From Candidatus Omnitrophota bacterium (GTDB lineage Bacteria > Omnitrophota > Gorgyraeia > JABMRG01): a stretch of 64,000 nucleotides of DNA. The translations under genes were made by a program, and so were the position numbers. The notes beneath the pieces were generated by a model that made no database searches, was not told where the DNA came from, and saw only the letters and a list, made by a program, of their open reading frames with translations. Location: the NCBI GenBank assembly GCA_028716165.1, contig JAQUQI010000002.1, positions 83,228 to 147,227 on the forward strand, read 5' to 3'. The first letter of the stretch is position 1. Each line of letters starts with the position of its first letter. Positions 27,190 through 36,235 of the stretch are shown here, one piece after another.

Positions 27190-28389
27190 TTAAAGGCCTT
27201 TTATGGCGTTAATTACACGGCTCAAGACGGATTCATCTTCCTTCGGCTGTTCTCCTTCCGCCTCCTCGTCCTTTCCCGAAATAACGCCCGCTATTTTGTC
27301 TATGACCATGTATGCCAGGGCCTGCTTTGTTTTTGGGCCTAAGTAAAATTCAGGCTTATCAATAGCGCCTTTTACCTTAAAGTCAAAAAGGATATCGCCT
27401 TGTTCCGAAGAAAAATAACTATACAGGTCATCCGCCCCGGACGGCCAGAATCTGTTGAAGCCGTGGTTTTTTTTATTTTCCAATTCAAGGTTTGAAAATA
27501 CCAGTTCATTTGAAGAATCTATGAGCTCATTATCAATATTGATCACAAGCCTGCCGCTTACTGTGCCGGCGTGAAATATGAACGGAGAAAATTCATCATA
27601 ATAAGGGCCGAACGATTTTATATCGGCATTTTTTATATTTATATTATTGTTTAATACCGGATGAGATTTGGAAAAATCATACATTGCCGACAGCGATAGT
27701 ATCCGGCCCGGCTCGTTGTTTATAATGCCTGACCCGTCAAAATTAATTGAGCTTATATCACGCCCCCCGCGTTTTAAAACCGCGCTTGCCTTCGCGCTTA
27801 TCTTTTCCACGCTGGCCCTATAGCCTTCGCTGTCAATAAAATAATCGTTAAAGAAAACGGCGCCATTATCTATGTCAAAGACGGGTTCCAGGCGCAAAAG
27901 CTGATTTATGTCAATCTTAGGCGCAAAAAAGCCCGCCGCGCGGGCGGTTATATTTGCCCATATTCCGACGGCACTCTTGCCGTGGTTTTTGCTATTTAAA
28001 ACAGCCTCCATTTTTGCGGCGTTGAACAGGCCTAAGCTGTTTTTCTCAAGAAACACCTTTACGCCCGAGGCCTTAATGTTTTTTAGCGTGATGCCGCTCA
28101 ATATATTCCGGCTGTCGGTCTGCTCATAGGATAAACTGATGTTTTCTATCTGTAGAAAAATATCGTTTTTAAACCCGTAAGGATTGGCTACCGTAAGGCC
28201 TTTAGCAGTAATCAAGCGATTTGGCATATCAAGGCTTAATTCCTGTATCCGGGCATAGCTGGGTATGGACGCGCGTATTATCCTGTCCAGGCCGGCATTA
28301 AGCAATTTTTGCCTTTCGGCATAGGCATAAATGCCTAAAGCTATGGCAAGGGCTGTGATAATCGCGCATATGGCGAAAAATGCCTTCAT
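27190..28389 (-). CDS. membrane-anchored hypothetical protein (possibly AsmA/DUF748-like)
   Basis: Single N-terminal TM helix and a long beta-rich periplasmic region; family assignment is tentative. Confidence 0.5.
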   Translation of the reverse strand: MKAFFAICAIITALAIALGIYAYAERQKLLNAGLDRIIRASIPSYARIQELSLDMPNRLITAKGLTVANPYGFKNDIFLQIENISLSYEQTDSRNILSGITLKNIKASGVKVFLEKNSLGLFNAAKMEAVLNSKNHGKSAVGIWANITARAAGFFAPKIDINQLLRLEPVFDIDNGAVFFNDYFIDSEGYRASVEKISAKASAVLKRGGRDISSINFDGSGIINNEPGRILSLSAMYDFSKSHPVLNNNINIKNADIKSFGPYYDEFSPFIFHAGTVSGRLVINIDNELIDSSNELVFSNLELENKKNHGFNRFWPSGADDLYSYFSSEQGDILFDFKVKGAIDKPEFYLGPKTKQALAYMVIDKIAGVISGKDEEAEGEQPKEDESVLSRVINAIKGL

Positions 28390-29540
28390 CGCAGGGCAAG
28401 CTCCGCGGTTATGTCTTTAATGATGTCATAGGCCGCCCTGGGTTTGGATACGTATTCTAAATGCCCGCGCATTATTGCCAGCCTTCTTTTATTGGTGAGC
28501 AGGTCGGCAATTTTTTTGCCGCCTGTTTCCATATCGTGTATTCTTATGGCCACGCCTGATTCAAGCAGATAATCGGAGTTTCTTTGTTCCTGTCCGGGTA
28601 TAGGGTCTATGACAGCCATTAAAGTCTTGCTTGCCAAAACCTCGGATGTGGTAAGCCCGCCGGGCTTAGATATCACGATATCAGAGGCTGCCATGAATTC
28701 ATGCATATTGTCAACTATGCCGAAGACGGAAATTTTTTTGTTTTTTAAGCCCTTGGCAATTTGTTTCATCTTAAGCTCAAGTAATTTATTTTTTCCCGCC
28801 AGGACTATTATATGGCAATAGTCGTCCACATCCTTAAAAGATTCCAGCAGTTGTTCATAGCCGCGCAGGTTATATCTGCCGCTTATCATAAGCGCGCAGG
28901 GCGCCTCCTGGTCAATGCCCAATTTTTCGCGCAGGACCTGCTTATTATAATCAGCCGCGAACAAAGGGCTGACAGGTATGCCCGATATCAGTATATTATT
29001 TTCCGCGATATTATGCAGTCTTAACAGCCTCTTTTCGCCCTCGCTTGCCACGTAGTATTTATAAACATGTTTATTGATCCATAGGGCGTGCACGGCGAAA
29101 TCGGTTACCACGCAGAAAAACGGTATATCAAACAGTTTCAGGCTTTTTAAACTTCCGAGCGCGTCCCATCCCAAAAAATGCGTGAATATGATACCGTCTG
29201 GCTTGAACTCTTTTACGTATTTTAACAAAGGGGCAAGATGCATATTGCCGACAGCATGGTGCAGGCGGGTTGTTATAGTAGGCGTTTTGAATTTATAAGA
29301 ACGGTCATAAAGATAGCCCCACAATTCCGGTATTCTTTTTACTATCTGAAGATAACTGCCTTTATAGAATTTTTTAAAATACGACGGAGTATAGTCAAGT
29401 ATATCTATGGCCTCCGCGCCGGTATAACCGTTTTCCAGGCATACGGCTTTTAAGGCCTTTGCCGCCTGCATGTGGCCTGCCCCTGCCGAGGCATAAAGCA
29501 TAAGCAATTTTGGTTTCTTATCACCCGTCATAAATACCAC
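28386..29540 (-). CDS. glycosyltransferase family 28 (MGDG-synthase/UgtP-like diacylglycerol glycosyltransferase)
   Basis: N-terminal MGDG_synth-like region LMLYASAGAGH. C-terminal GT-B glycosyltransferase domain. GGAGGTGG RBS. Confidence 0.75.
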   Translation of the reverse strand: MVFMTGDKKPKLLMLYASAGAGHMQAAKALKAVCLENGYTGAEAIDILDYTPSYFKKFYKGSYLQIVKRIPELWGYLYDRSYKFKTPTITTRLHHAVGNMHLAPLLKYVKEFKPDGIIFTHFLGWDALGSLKSLKLFDIPFFCVVTDFAVHALWINKHVYKYYVASEGEKRLLRLHNIAENNILISGIPVSPLFAADYNKQVLREKLGIDQEAPCALMISGRYNLRGYEQLLESFKDVDDYCHIIVLAGKNKLLELKMKQIAKGLKNKKISVFGIVDNMHEFMAASDIVISKPGGLTTSEVLASKTLMAVIDPIPGQEQRNSDYLLESGVAIRIHDMETGGKKIADLLTNKRRLAIMRGHLEYVSKPRAAYDIIKDITAELALR

Positions 29541-29555
29541 CTCCGGAATTATTAT

Positions 29556-29597
29556 ATTAAAAAACCGGCTGACATTAAAGTTAAATCAGCCGGTTAT
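29556..29597 (-). terminator. rho-independent terminator after maf (10-bp perfect stem AACCGGCTGA/TCAGCCGGTT + U-tract)
   Basis: Inverted repeat at 29563-29572 and 29586-29595. A-run at 29559-29564 on plus gives the U-tract on minus. Confidence 0.7.
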
Positions 29598-29637
29598 GAA
29601 TTATTTTAAACCGCGAACAAACGCGGGCCTGGCATGC

Positions 29638-30249
29638 CTATGAATGAAGTCCGCGCCCGCGCGCTTTACAGAAATCAAGAATATTAAGCCCTATCTTTTC
29701 AAAAAGTTTGTTCAAGAGCCCCATAGGCAGGCCTAAAATATTGAAATACGAACCCCTGATATCGTCATAAAGTATTGATCCTATGCCTTCTATTGAAAAT
29801 CCTCCAGCCTTGTCATATGGTTTTAAGGCGTTAAAATACCTGACAAGCTCTTCTTGCCGGAGCTTTTGGGCGTATAAATAACTTGTTTCTGCCCCGCACG
29901 CTTTTTTACCGGAAGGCGTATCCAAAACGCAGACTCCGGAGCAGATGGCCAGTTTCTTACCGCTGAAATCACGGAAAAGTTTTTTTGCCTCTTCTTTGCC
30001 CTCCGGCTTGCCTATGAGCTTTTTGCCCGACATGACAAGGGTATCTGCCGCGATAATGATATTATTTTTGTGTATTTTAGCGCAGGCAAGGGCTTTTCTA
30101 CGGGCGTTTTCCGTCACATTCCATCGTAACGGGCGGTTTTGACAATGGGCCTCTTCGGCATTGGTAATATGAATTTTGTGCCGTATCCCGCAGGAAAAAA
30201 GTATTTGAGACCGCCTCTTTGAACCTGATGCCAGGATTACGGTTTTCAT
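29638..30249 (-). CDS. maf: Maf-family nucleoside-triphosphate pyrophosphatase
   Basis: N-terminal ILASGSKRR and D..V...GK, YxDxxG-type Maf motifs. 203 aa. Confidence 0.85.
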   Translation of the reverse strand: MKTVILASGSKRRSQILFSCGIRHKIHITNAEEAHCQNRPLRWNVTENARRKALACAKIHKNNIIIAADTLVMSGKKLIGKPEGKEEAKKLFRDFSGKKLAICSGVCVLDTPSGKKACGAETSYLYAQKLRQEELVRYFNALKPYDKAGGFSIEGIGSILYDDIRGSYFNILGLPMGLLNKLFEKIGLNILDFCKARGRGLHS

Positions 30250-30695
30250 CAGCGGGGCCCGTTGTTTTCATGTTTCAGGCACGAGTCCGGAATCCACGCC
30301 TTTTCAATTCCTACGGCTGTTTCCGTGTAGCGGGATGTGTAAAGAAACTTTATCTCTTTCCAGAGGCTTGCTTCAAATTCCCGCTTCTGGCCGGTCAGGA
30401 CAACTATGGTGTCAGGCGCAAGCTGTGTCATCTTGGCCCCGCCGGGGTAATTATATACGGTTATGTCCATGTCCATATACAGCCCGTCGCCTGTATGGAC
30501 CTTACCGTTTACCAATGCCGTCGGATGGTCCTTAACCAACTGCTCATACTCTTCATTGAGCTTTCTGTCAGAACTGTATCGCCTGATGCCTGTAAGCATT
30601 GATTCCCATGTTTCTTGCGAGCCCGATGTCACGGCGCCTGACACGGCAGGAAACAGAGCAATCAAAAGGACGGATAATAATATCAGTTTAATCAT
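30249..30695 (-). CDS. secreted hypothetical protein
   Basis: Signal peptide LILLSVLLIALFPAVSGA. 148 aa. Confidence 0.5.
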   Translation of the reverse strand: MIKLILLSVLLIALFPAVSGAVTSGSQETWESMLTGIRRYSSDRKLNEEYEQLVKDHPTALVNGKVHTGDGLYMDMDITVYNYPGGAKMTQLAPDTIVVLTGQKREFEASLWKEIKFLYTSRYTETAVGIEKAWIPDSCLKHENNGPR

Positions 30696-30972
30696 TCTTT
30701 TCGCGTCCTCGGCGCGGATTGCGGTATATTAACACGATAGCAAACGTTATTGTAAACAATATAAAATTTGATATGGTAAAAGAACGCAAAACTATTTCAT
30801 CCGTGACAAGTCCGTGCGGGAGCATAAGCAGTAATGATGTCCATACCCCCGCGCCCCATAACAGGCTGATATCTTCCGCGGACTTTCTTTTTATGACGCG
30901 CGCGATAAGCGGTATATTCCAGAAAGGAAGCATTATGCCGGCGATTAGAGATATTACCGCGAGTAAACTCAT
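30688..30972 (-). CDS. small 3-TM membrane protein, possibly PQ-loop/SemiSWEET-like
   Basis: 94 aa with three predicted TM helices. LPFWNIPLIARVIKRKSAEDIS resembles the PQ-loop region (PQ replaced by PL). Confidence 0.4.
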   Translation of the reverse strand: MSLLAVISLIAGIMLPFWNIPLIARVIKRKSAEDISLLWGAGVWTSLLLMLPHGLVTDEIVLRSFTISNFILFTITFAIVLIYRNPRRGREKND

Positions 30973-31259
30973 TGTCTTCTCTCCAAATACGCGCAGTTTT
31001 CGGGCAGAGCGTCTTTTTTTATAAGTTCTTTAATATGCACGCAAGTAAACTCTTTTCCGGATATTGTTTTGCGCCTGCCCAGCCTGTTCGCGTATGTATT
31101 GCACGCGTAAACACTTTCGCCAATTTTTTCAAGGTGCGCGCACGGATCATCCGGTATGCCGCAGCATCTGCCGCACCTTAAGCATAACGATTCATGTTCT
31201 TTTTCTTTCAATTCCAGATACGCGGCATAATTGTCCGTGTCCATTAAAACGTTTCCCAA
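30969..31259 (-). CDS. small CxxCxxCC (UPF0153/YkgJ-like) cysteine-cluster protein
   Basis: CLRCGRCC motif and additional Cys residues; 96 aa. Confidence 0.6.
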   Translation of the reverse strand: MGNVLMDTDNYAAYLELKEKEHESLCLRCGRCCGIPDDPCAHLEKIGESVYACNTYANRLGRRKTISGKEFTCVHIKELIKKDALPENCAYLERRQ

Positions 31260-31741
31260 TGGATAACGCTGTCAAGGGCTCTTTTCTTTTTGCCCGGGGC
31301 TTGTTTTTTGGACGGAATACCCAGCGATATGATGCTTACCAGTTTATGGCCTTTTGGGCAGTTCAAGAGGCGTTCAATAACAGCGGCATAGTCTTTTTTA
31401 TCTCCGGCTATCCAGCAGGCCCCTATGCCGGAATCAGATGCCATAAGCAGTATATTCTCACTGGCGGCGGAGCAGTCTTCAATATAGTATTTGGTGTCTT
31501 GCGAAAATACTACAATAGCGGCGGCGGCGTTTTTGATAAATGCTCCGTTTGGCGCGAGCCGTGATATTTCATCAAGTGTTTTTTGCTGTTGGATTATCAC
31601 AAAGTCCCACGGCTCAACGCCTCTGGCAGTGGGCGCGAACCTGGCCGCGTCAACAAGCTTTTTTAAAAGCCCGCGGGGGACGGCCTTTTTGGCGTATTCC
31701 CTGACGCTTCTTCTTTTCTTTATCGCCTTAAATGTCTGCAT
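31244..31741 (-). CDS. nitroreductase-family flavoprotein (ATG start at MQTFKAIKKRRSVREY; the upstream M in the ORF track is a TTG)
   Basis: RRSVREY and ARFAPTA nitroreductase motifs. Confidence 0.8.
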   Translation of the reverse strand: MQTFKAIKKRRSVREYAKKAVPRGLLKKLVDAARFAPTARGVEPWDFVIIQQQKTLDEISRLAPNGAFIKNAAAAIVVFSQDTKYYIEDCSAASENILLMASDSGIGACWIAGDKKDYAAVIERLLNCPKGHKLVSIISLGIPSKKQAPGKKKRALDSVIHWETF

Positions 31742-31751
31742 GGTATGCGCC

Positions 31752-32291
31752 TTATGATGACCTTCTTTTTCTGTCAATATCGTCTAATATGTTTTTGATG
31801 TCTCTGTCTGCCGACCGCGCGGCCATATTGCAGATGTAAATAAGAACGGAGAATTGCCAGCAATCCTCGGGCCCCATAATAAGGCCGGTATGCACGTCTT
31901 CTCTTTTCTGTAATTTTTGCCTGAATTTATCCTCGGCCTTTTTGAGGCTTGCTTCCATCACGTCCAGAGACTGGACCGTATTGTTATATTTGTATGACGG
32001 AAAGCGTATGCCTCTTATGAACAGAAAGTTTGTGACCATAGATTCCGTGGTGTCCATTTCTTCTTCAAACTTGAAGCCTTCAAAATACGGCATATTGCCC
32101 GGAAGTATTATGGCGGGTTTTTCGGCATAGACCTTGCCTTTTCTTACCACGGTATCACCTATGTTGACCGCTGATTCAGCCAGAAATATATAAGGCATTT
32201 CAGTGGTCGCGAAGGTAAGAAGCGGCTGTATCCTCGGCCTTACTATCTCGGTTTTTTTAAGGGCTTTTTCCCATCTATCCATAATGTCCAT
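31752..32291 (-). CDS. hypothetical protein
   Basis: 179-aa ORF in a tightly packed operon; no recognised motif, and no CIG-type motif that would mark an AMMECR1 domain. Confidence 0.5.
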   Translation of the reverse strand: MDIMDRWEKALKKTEIVRPRIQPLLTFATTEMPYIFLAESAVNIGDTVVRKGKVYAEKPAIILPGNMPYFEGFKFEEEMDTTESMVTNFLFIRGIRFPSYKYNNTVQSLDVMEASLKKAEDKFRQKLQKREDVHTGLIMGPEDCWQFSVLIYICNMAARSADRDIKNILDDIDRKRRSS

Positions 32292-32422
32292 TAATAATCC
32301 GTGTTTAATTGTGAAATTATATTCTATAGAAAATCAGAGTTTTGTCAACCTTAATTAAAAAATCAGCCGGCATAATGCTGCAAAAAAATTACTTTTACGT
32401 GTTTTGGCGGCGCCTGCCATTA

Positions 32423-33289
32423 TCACACATTGCCAAGATAAATATTTTTAAGGCCCTGCCCCGCGCCTATTAGCCTTGCCTCTTCCATTATCTCTACAGG
32501 TGTAATAACATCATCAAGCATTTTGTAATCGGGATGAAACCTGCTTATGTGCCAGGGCATGTTTTTATCAATGCCGGCTAAAAAAGAGGCCATATCGCGC
32601 AGTTCATCGTAAGAATCGTTTTTACCGGGGATAAGAAGGGTTGTTATTTCTATCCATATGCCTTTAGCCTTCATCCTCTCTATGGTGTCAAGCACGGGTT
32701 TGAGGCTCGCCCCGCAAAGGTTTCGGTAAAAATTTTCATTAAAAGATTTCAGATCAATATTCGCGGCGTCAAGATAGGGGCTTATGGTATCAAGGGCCTC
32801 TTTGCTCATATATCCGTTGGTAACGTATATGTTATACAGGCCCTCTTGCTTTGCCAGTTTGGCTGTCTCATAAGAGTATTCAAAGAATACCGTAGGTTCC
32901 GTATATGTGTAAGAAATGGACGCGCAGGCGGACTCTTTTGCCGCTTTTACTATCTCGTAAGGGGCAAGGCTTGCCGGCGCTTTAGGGTATCGGGCCGTTT
33001 GCTGGGATATTTGCCAGTTTTGACAGAACATGCATTTAAAATTACACCCGTACGCGGCAATGGAGAATGTCATTGTTTTAGGTAAGAAATGATAAAGCGG
33101 TTTTTTCTCAACCGGGTCTATATTCGCCGCCGCCGCTTCGCCATAAGCAAATGTGAAAAGCCTGCCGTCTGTATTTTTTCTCTGTCCGCATATTCCGAAC
33201 GCGCCGGGTTTTATCCTGCAATAATGGGCGCAGAGACGGCATTGGATACAGCCGTCAAGATTTTTGAAAAACATTGCCGGGTATTTCAT
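32423..33289 (-). CDS. AmmeMemoRadiSam-system-type radical SAM enzyme (PFL-activase-like); start taken at MKYPAMFF
   Basis: N-terminal CIQCRLCAHYC...GICG cluster and radical-SAM CNFKCMFCQNW. IDPVEKKPLYHF matches the TIGR04337-type signature. Confidence 0.8.
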   Translation of the reverse strand: MKYPAMFFKNLDGCIQCRLCAHYCRIKPGAFGICGQRKNTDGRLFTFAYGEAAAANIDPVEKKPLYHFLPKTMTFSIAAYGCNFKCMFCQNWQISQQTARYPKAPASLAPYEIVKAAKESACASISYTYTEPTVFFEYSYETAKLAKQEGLYNIYVTNGYMSKEALDTISPYLDAANIDLKSFNENFYRNLCGASLKPVLDTIERMKAKGIWIEITTLLIPGKNDSYDELRDMASFLAGIDKNMPWHISRFHPDYKMLDDVITPVEIMEEARLIGAGQGLKNIYLGNV

Positions 33290-33918
33290 GAATTTTTTTC
33301 CAGGCACAGGCTTTTTACAGGGCATTTTACGCACAAAGGGCGCTTTGCCCTGCATACCGCGCGGCCGAAATTTACCAAAAGATAGTTGAATTCAAGCCAG
33401 TATCGCCGCGGCAGGACGCGCATAAGGTCTTGTTCTATTTTTACAGGGTCTGTGTTGGAGCTTAGCCCCAAACGGCGCGAAATTCGTTTTACGTGAGTGT
33501 CAACCGCGATACCCTCGCGGACATTAAAGGCGCTTGAGAGTATGATATTGGCTGTCTTGCGGCCGACCCCCGGCAGGGTGATAAGTTCATCCATTGTCCG
33601 TGGCACACGGCCTTTAAAATTCTTTAGTATGAGTTTTGCCGACGCTATTATGTTGCGCGCCTTTTGCCTGTAAAATCCCGATTGATATATGTCTTTTTGA
33701 AATTCGCGCAGGTTTGCCTTGGCAATATCCCTAATGCCTTTGTATTTTTTAAATATTTTTGTAGAAACCCTGTTTGCTGTTTGGTCTGTTGACTGGGCTG
33801 ATAAGATCGTTGCGACCAAAAGTTCAAACGGCCTGCGGTAGATGAGCGATGTCTTGTTTTTTGGAAAAAAAGCCTTTAGCTTTTTTACGATAAGCGCGGC
33901 CCCGCTGTTATTTTTCAT
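33286..33918 (-). CDS. nth: endonuclease III (Nth)
   Basis: HhH-GPD motif LPGVGRKTANI. C-terminal 4Fe-4S cluster Cx6Cx2Cx5C as CRAKRPLCVKCPVKSLC. Confidence 0.9.
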   Translation of the reverse strand: MKNNSGAALIVKKLKAFFPKNKTSLIYRRPFELLVATILSAQSTDQTANRVSTKIFKKYKGIRDIAKANLREFQKDIYQSGFYRQKARNIIASAKLILKNFKGRVPRTMDELITLPGVGRKTANIILSSAFNVREGIAVDTHVKRISRRLGLSSNTDPVKIEQDLMRVLPRRYWLEFNYLLVNFGRAVCRAKRPLCVKCPVKSLCLEKNS

Positions 33919-33929
33919 ATTGACAATGG

Positions 33930-34112
33930 CTACTTCTTGCTCTCTAATTCCTTGATAAGCCTGTCAATCTCGTCTTCAAGAGCAAAGAGCATTTTTTTTG
34001 ATTCCATCACCTTTAGCCACTTAGACAGCCTATGAGGCTTGGCCTTGTCTTTTTCCATATCATGCTGGAGTTTTTTTAAAATTATTCTTCTTTTTTCTTT
34101 TTTATCTTTCAT
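33930..34112 (-). CDS. small highly charged (Lys/Glu-rich) hypothetical protein
   Basis: 60 aa. Weak AGGA RBS. Sits between a bidirectional terminator and nth. Confidence 0.35.
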   Translation of the reverse strand: MKDKKEKRRIILKKLQHDMEKDKAKPHRLSKWLKVMESKKMLFALEDEIDRLIKELESKK

Positions 34113-34130
34113 GTTTCATCCTGCCGGTAG

Positions 34131-34170
34131 AAAACTCTAGTCCTGCCTCGCGGCAGGGTCAGAGTTTTTA
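34131..34170. terminator. bidirectional hairpin terminator (12-bp imperfect stem CTCTAGTCCTGCC/GGCAGGGTCAGAG) flanked by A/T runs
   Basis: Inverted repeat at 34135-34164. ttttt at 34165-34169 on plus and aaaa upstream. Confidence 0.5.
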
Positions 34171-34229
34171 AGACTGTAAAAAACGCGTTTAGATAAAACT
34201 TTTGGTTTTTTGGTTACGCTATAATGATA

Positions 34230-34919
34230 TTATTTGGTATATTTCTCAATGGTCGTAATCAGCGCGCGGCCTTCAGCCGTAGGCTGGACCTTATTTGCCA
34301 TAAGAATATCATATGAGGTAAGTGATTGCTTGTAATAGTTTTCATTGGCGTCCGCTATCGGTGAGAGAACAGCGCCGTCAAGGGCAATACCCGCGAAAAG
34401 CCCCTTGCTTCTTGAATAAGACAGGATACCGGCTTTAAGAAACAGGTCTGTGCTTGCCTCGGCATTGCGTCCGACGGGGCCTGCTGAAACCGCGGCGTCA
34501 CCTCCAAGGGTAAAATTATTTTGCAATAAGCCCTTCATACCGCGTTCATTTGTTATGACCAATACCAGGTCAATTATTTGTCCGCCGATCTGGAGGCCCC
34601 AACTGCCCCCCGCTATCCTGTAAAAACACGGCGCGCTCCATTTACGCGTATTTTTGTCCCTGTGAAGGGCTACTCCCGTTCCATATCTTGCGCCGAATAT
34701 AAATCCGCCCTTAAGGACTGACGGAAATATTACTATGCCTTCGGCTTTTGATAAAAGATCTGACGGTATACTCTGTTCGGGCATTTGCATTATCTCGCGT
34801 ATCAGGTCATCCGCCTCGCTGATTTTTATGTTTAAACTCGCATTATCAGCGCAGGCGCATGGCGCGATAATAGACAATAACATTACCAAGGCGCAAAACA
34901 AGCCGCATACAGTTTTCAT
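34230..34919 (-). CDS. SYLF (Ysc84/DUF500) lipid-binding domain protein, secreted/lipoprotein
   Basis: Signal peptide with a Cys. SYLF-type Gly-rich beta motifs GGFIFGARYGTGV and GGSWGLQIGG. Confidence 0.7.
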   Translation of the reverse strand: MKTVCGLFCALVMLLSIIAPCACADNASLNIKISEADDLIREIMQMPEQSIPSDLLSKAEGIVIFPSVLKGGFIFGARYGTGVALHRDKNTRKWSAPCFYRIAGGSWGLQIGGQIIDLVLVITNERGMKGLLQNNFTLGGDAAVSAGPVGRNAEASTDLFLKAGILSYSRSKGLFAGIALDGAVLSPIADANENYYKQSLTSYDILMANKVQPTAEGRALITTIEKYTK

Positions 34920-34931
34920 AAAACATGCTCC

Positions 34932-35123
34932 TTATCTGTTTTTGAGGGTATCGTGCGCGATAGAACCGGACTTGCCCCACCCTTGTGCGGCCGGCATGGC
35001 TAAATCATCGTCCAGGATTATGCGTTTAAATATTACCCTGTGCCCCGCGCATTTTGGACACCATTCCGCCAGCGGGCCCTGGACAATATTTTTGCATATC
35101 TGGCATTCGTATAGCGTTTTCAT
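34932..35123 (-). CDS. small rubredoxin-like zinc-ribbon protein
   Basis: 63 aa with two CxxC knuckles (CQIC, CPKC). Confidence 0.5.
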   Translation of the reverse strand: MKTLYECQICKNIVQGPLAEWCPKCAGHRVIFKRIILDDDLAMPAAQGWGKSGSIAHDTLKNR

Positions 35124-35184
35124 ATTTCCTCCCGAAGGTTATTTATAGATATAACCCTTGAGAAGGAAAATTATTCCGCTATTT

Positions 35185-35457
35185 TTATTTAAAGGTATAG
35201 ACCTTGCGGATGCTTTCCACTACCTGCCAGGCGCATACTATGCCTTTAGGTAATTTTACCAGGTCGCCTTTTGTGATGATTATTTCCCCGCCTTTTTCGG
35301 TTCTTATTACGGCCTTACCCTCTATTAAAAAAAACCATTCCTCTTTATCGTATGTTCTCTGGAATTGGGAAGGCTGGCATTCCCATGGGCTCCATTTACC
35401 TATGTCAAGTTTTTGTATTTCGTCCTCTGAAGGCTGTGAAACTTCAATTTCACGCAT
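35185..35457 (-). CDS. cupin-fold protein (DUF861/cupin_3-like)
   Basis: 90 aa. EEWFFLIEGKAVI...GD beta-barrel pattern. Confidence 0.6.
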   Translation of the reverse strand: MREIEVSQPSEDEIQKLDIGKWSPWECQPSQFQRTYDKEEWFFLIEGKAVIRTEKGGEIIITKGDLVKLPKGIVCAWQVVESIRKVYTFK

Positions 35458-35473
35458 AAAAATTATCCGGATT

Positions 35474-36163
35474 TCATGGCCTTAAGCCTATATCCGCTAT
35501 CCTGATATCGCCGCAAAGGCCGGGCCCGTCGTTTTGATAAAAACCTTTTTTCGCCAAACCCATCGTCACGGTCATATCGGCTTTTACCGCTTCCGCGCGC
35601 TTTTTGCCTGAATCAGCATCCAGGCCCGAAGGGATGTCCGCGGATATAGTGTATGCCGGGCTCTTATTGATAAGGGTTATGACATCTTTGTAAATGCCTT
35701 CTGCCTTGCCGTTAAAACCCGTCCCGAATACGGCATCAATGATTATATCCGAATGAGCGGGTTTTTTCAAGGTATTAATATCGCGGCTCGTTAAAATCTC
35801 ATGTATGTTCCGGTTTATCCGTTTCAGGGCAAGCAGATTAAAATATGAAATACCGCGAACCTGCGCTTTTTGGCACATAAGATATATGTTAACATCGTAA
35901 CCCGCGCTTAAAAGATACCTGGCGCATACCAGTCCGTCGCCGCCATTATTGCCTTTGCCGCAAAATATACAAACAGATACAGCACCTTTATTTTTATCTG
36001 ATTTTTGGATAATATCAAAAACTGCCGCGGCAATTGCCACGCCCGCGTTTTCCATAAGTATGGCGGCAGGTATGCCGTAAGTATTAATGGTTTTTTTATC
36101 AATCGCCCTTGCCTGGCTTTTTGTCAGTAATTTTTTTGGTTTATGGAATAATGGTTCGCGCAT
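35474..36163 (-). CDS. nnrE: NAD(P)H-hydrate epimerase (YjeF N-terminal domain, NnrE)
   Basis: CGKGNNGGDG motif and D.VFGTGF. 229 aa. Confidence 0.8.
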   Translation of the reverse strand: MREPLFHKPKKLLTKSQARAIDKKTINTYGIPAAILMENAGVAIAAAVFDIIQKSDKNKGAVSVCIFCGKGNNGGDGLVCARYLLSAGYDVNIYLMCQKAQVRGISYFNLLALKRINRNIHEILTSRDINTLKKPAHSDIIIDAVFGTGFNGKAEGIYKDVITLINKSPAYTISADIPSGLDADSGKKRAEAVKADMTVTMGLAKKGFYQNDGPGLCGDIRIADIGLRP

Positions 36164-36235
36164 ATTGTAAGGTATTTTGCCCTAACTGCGGGCGTTTTGT
36201 TATATTAAAAACTATTATTTTAAAGGTGAAATATT

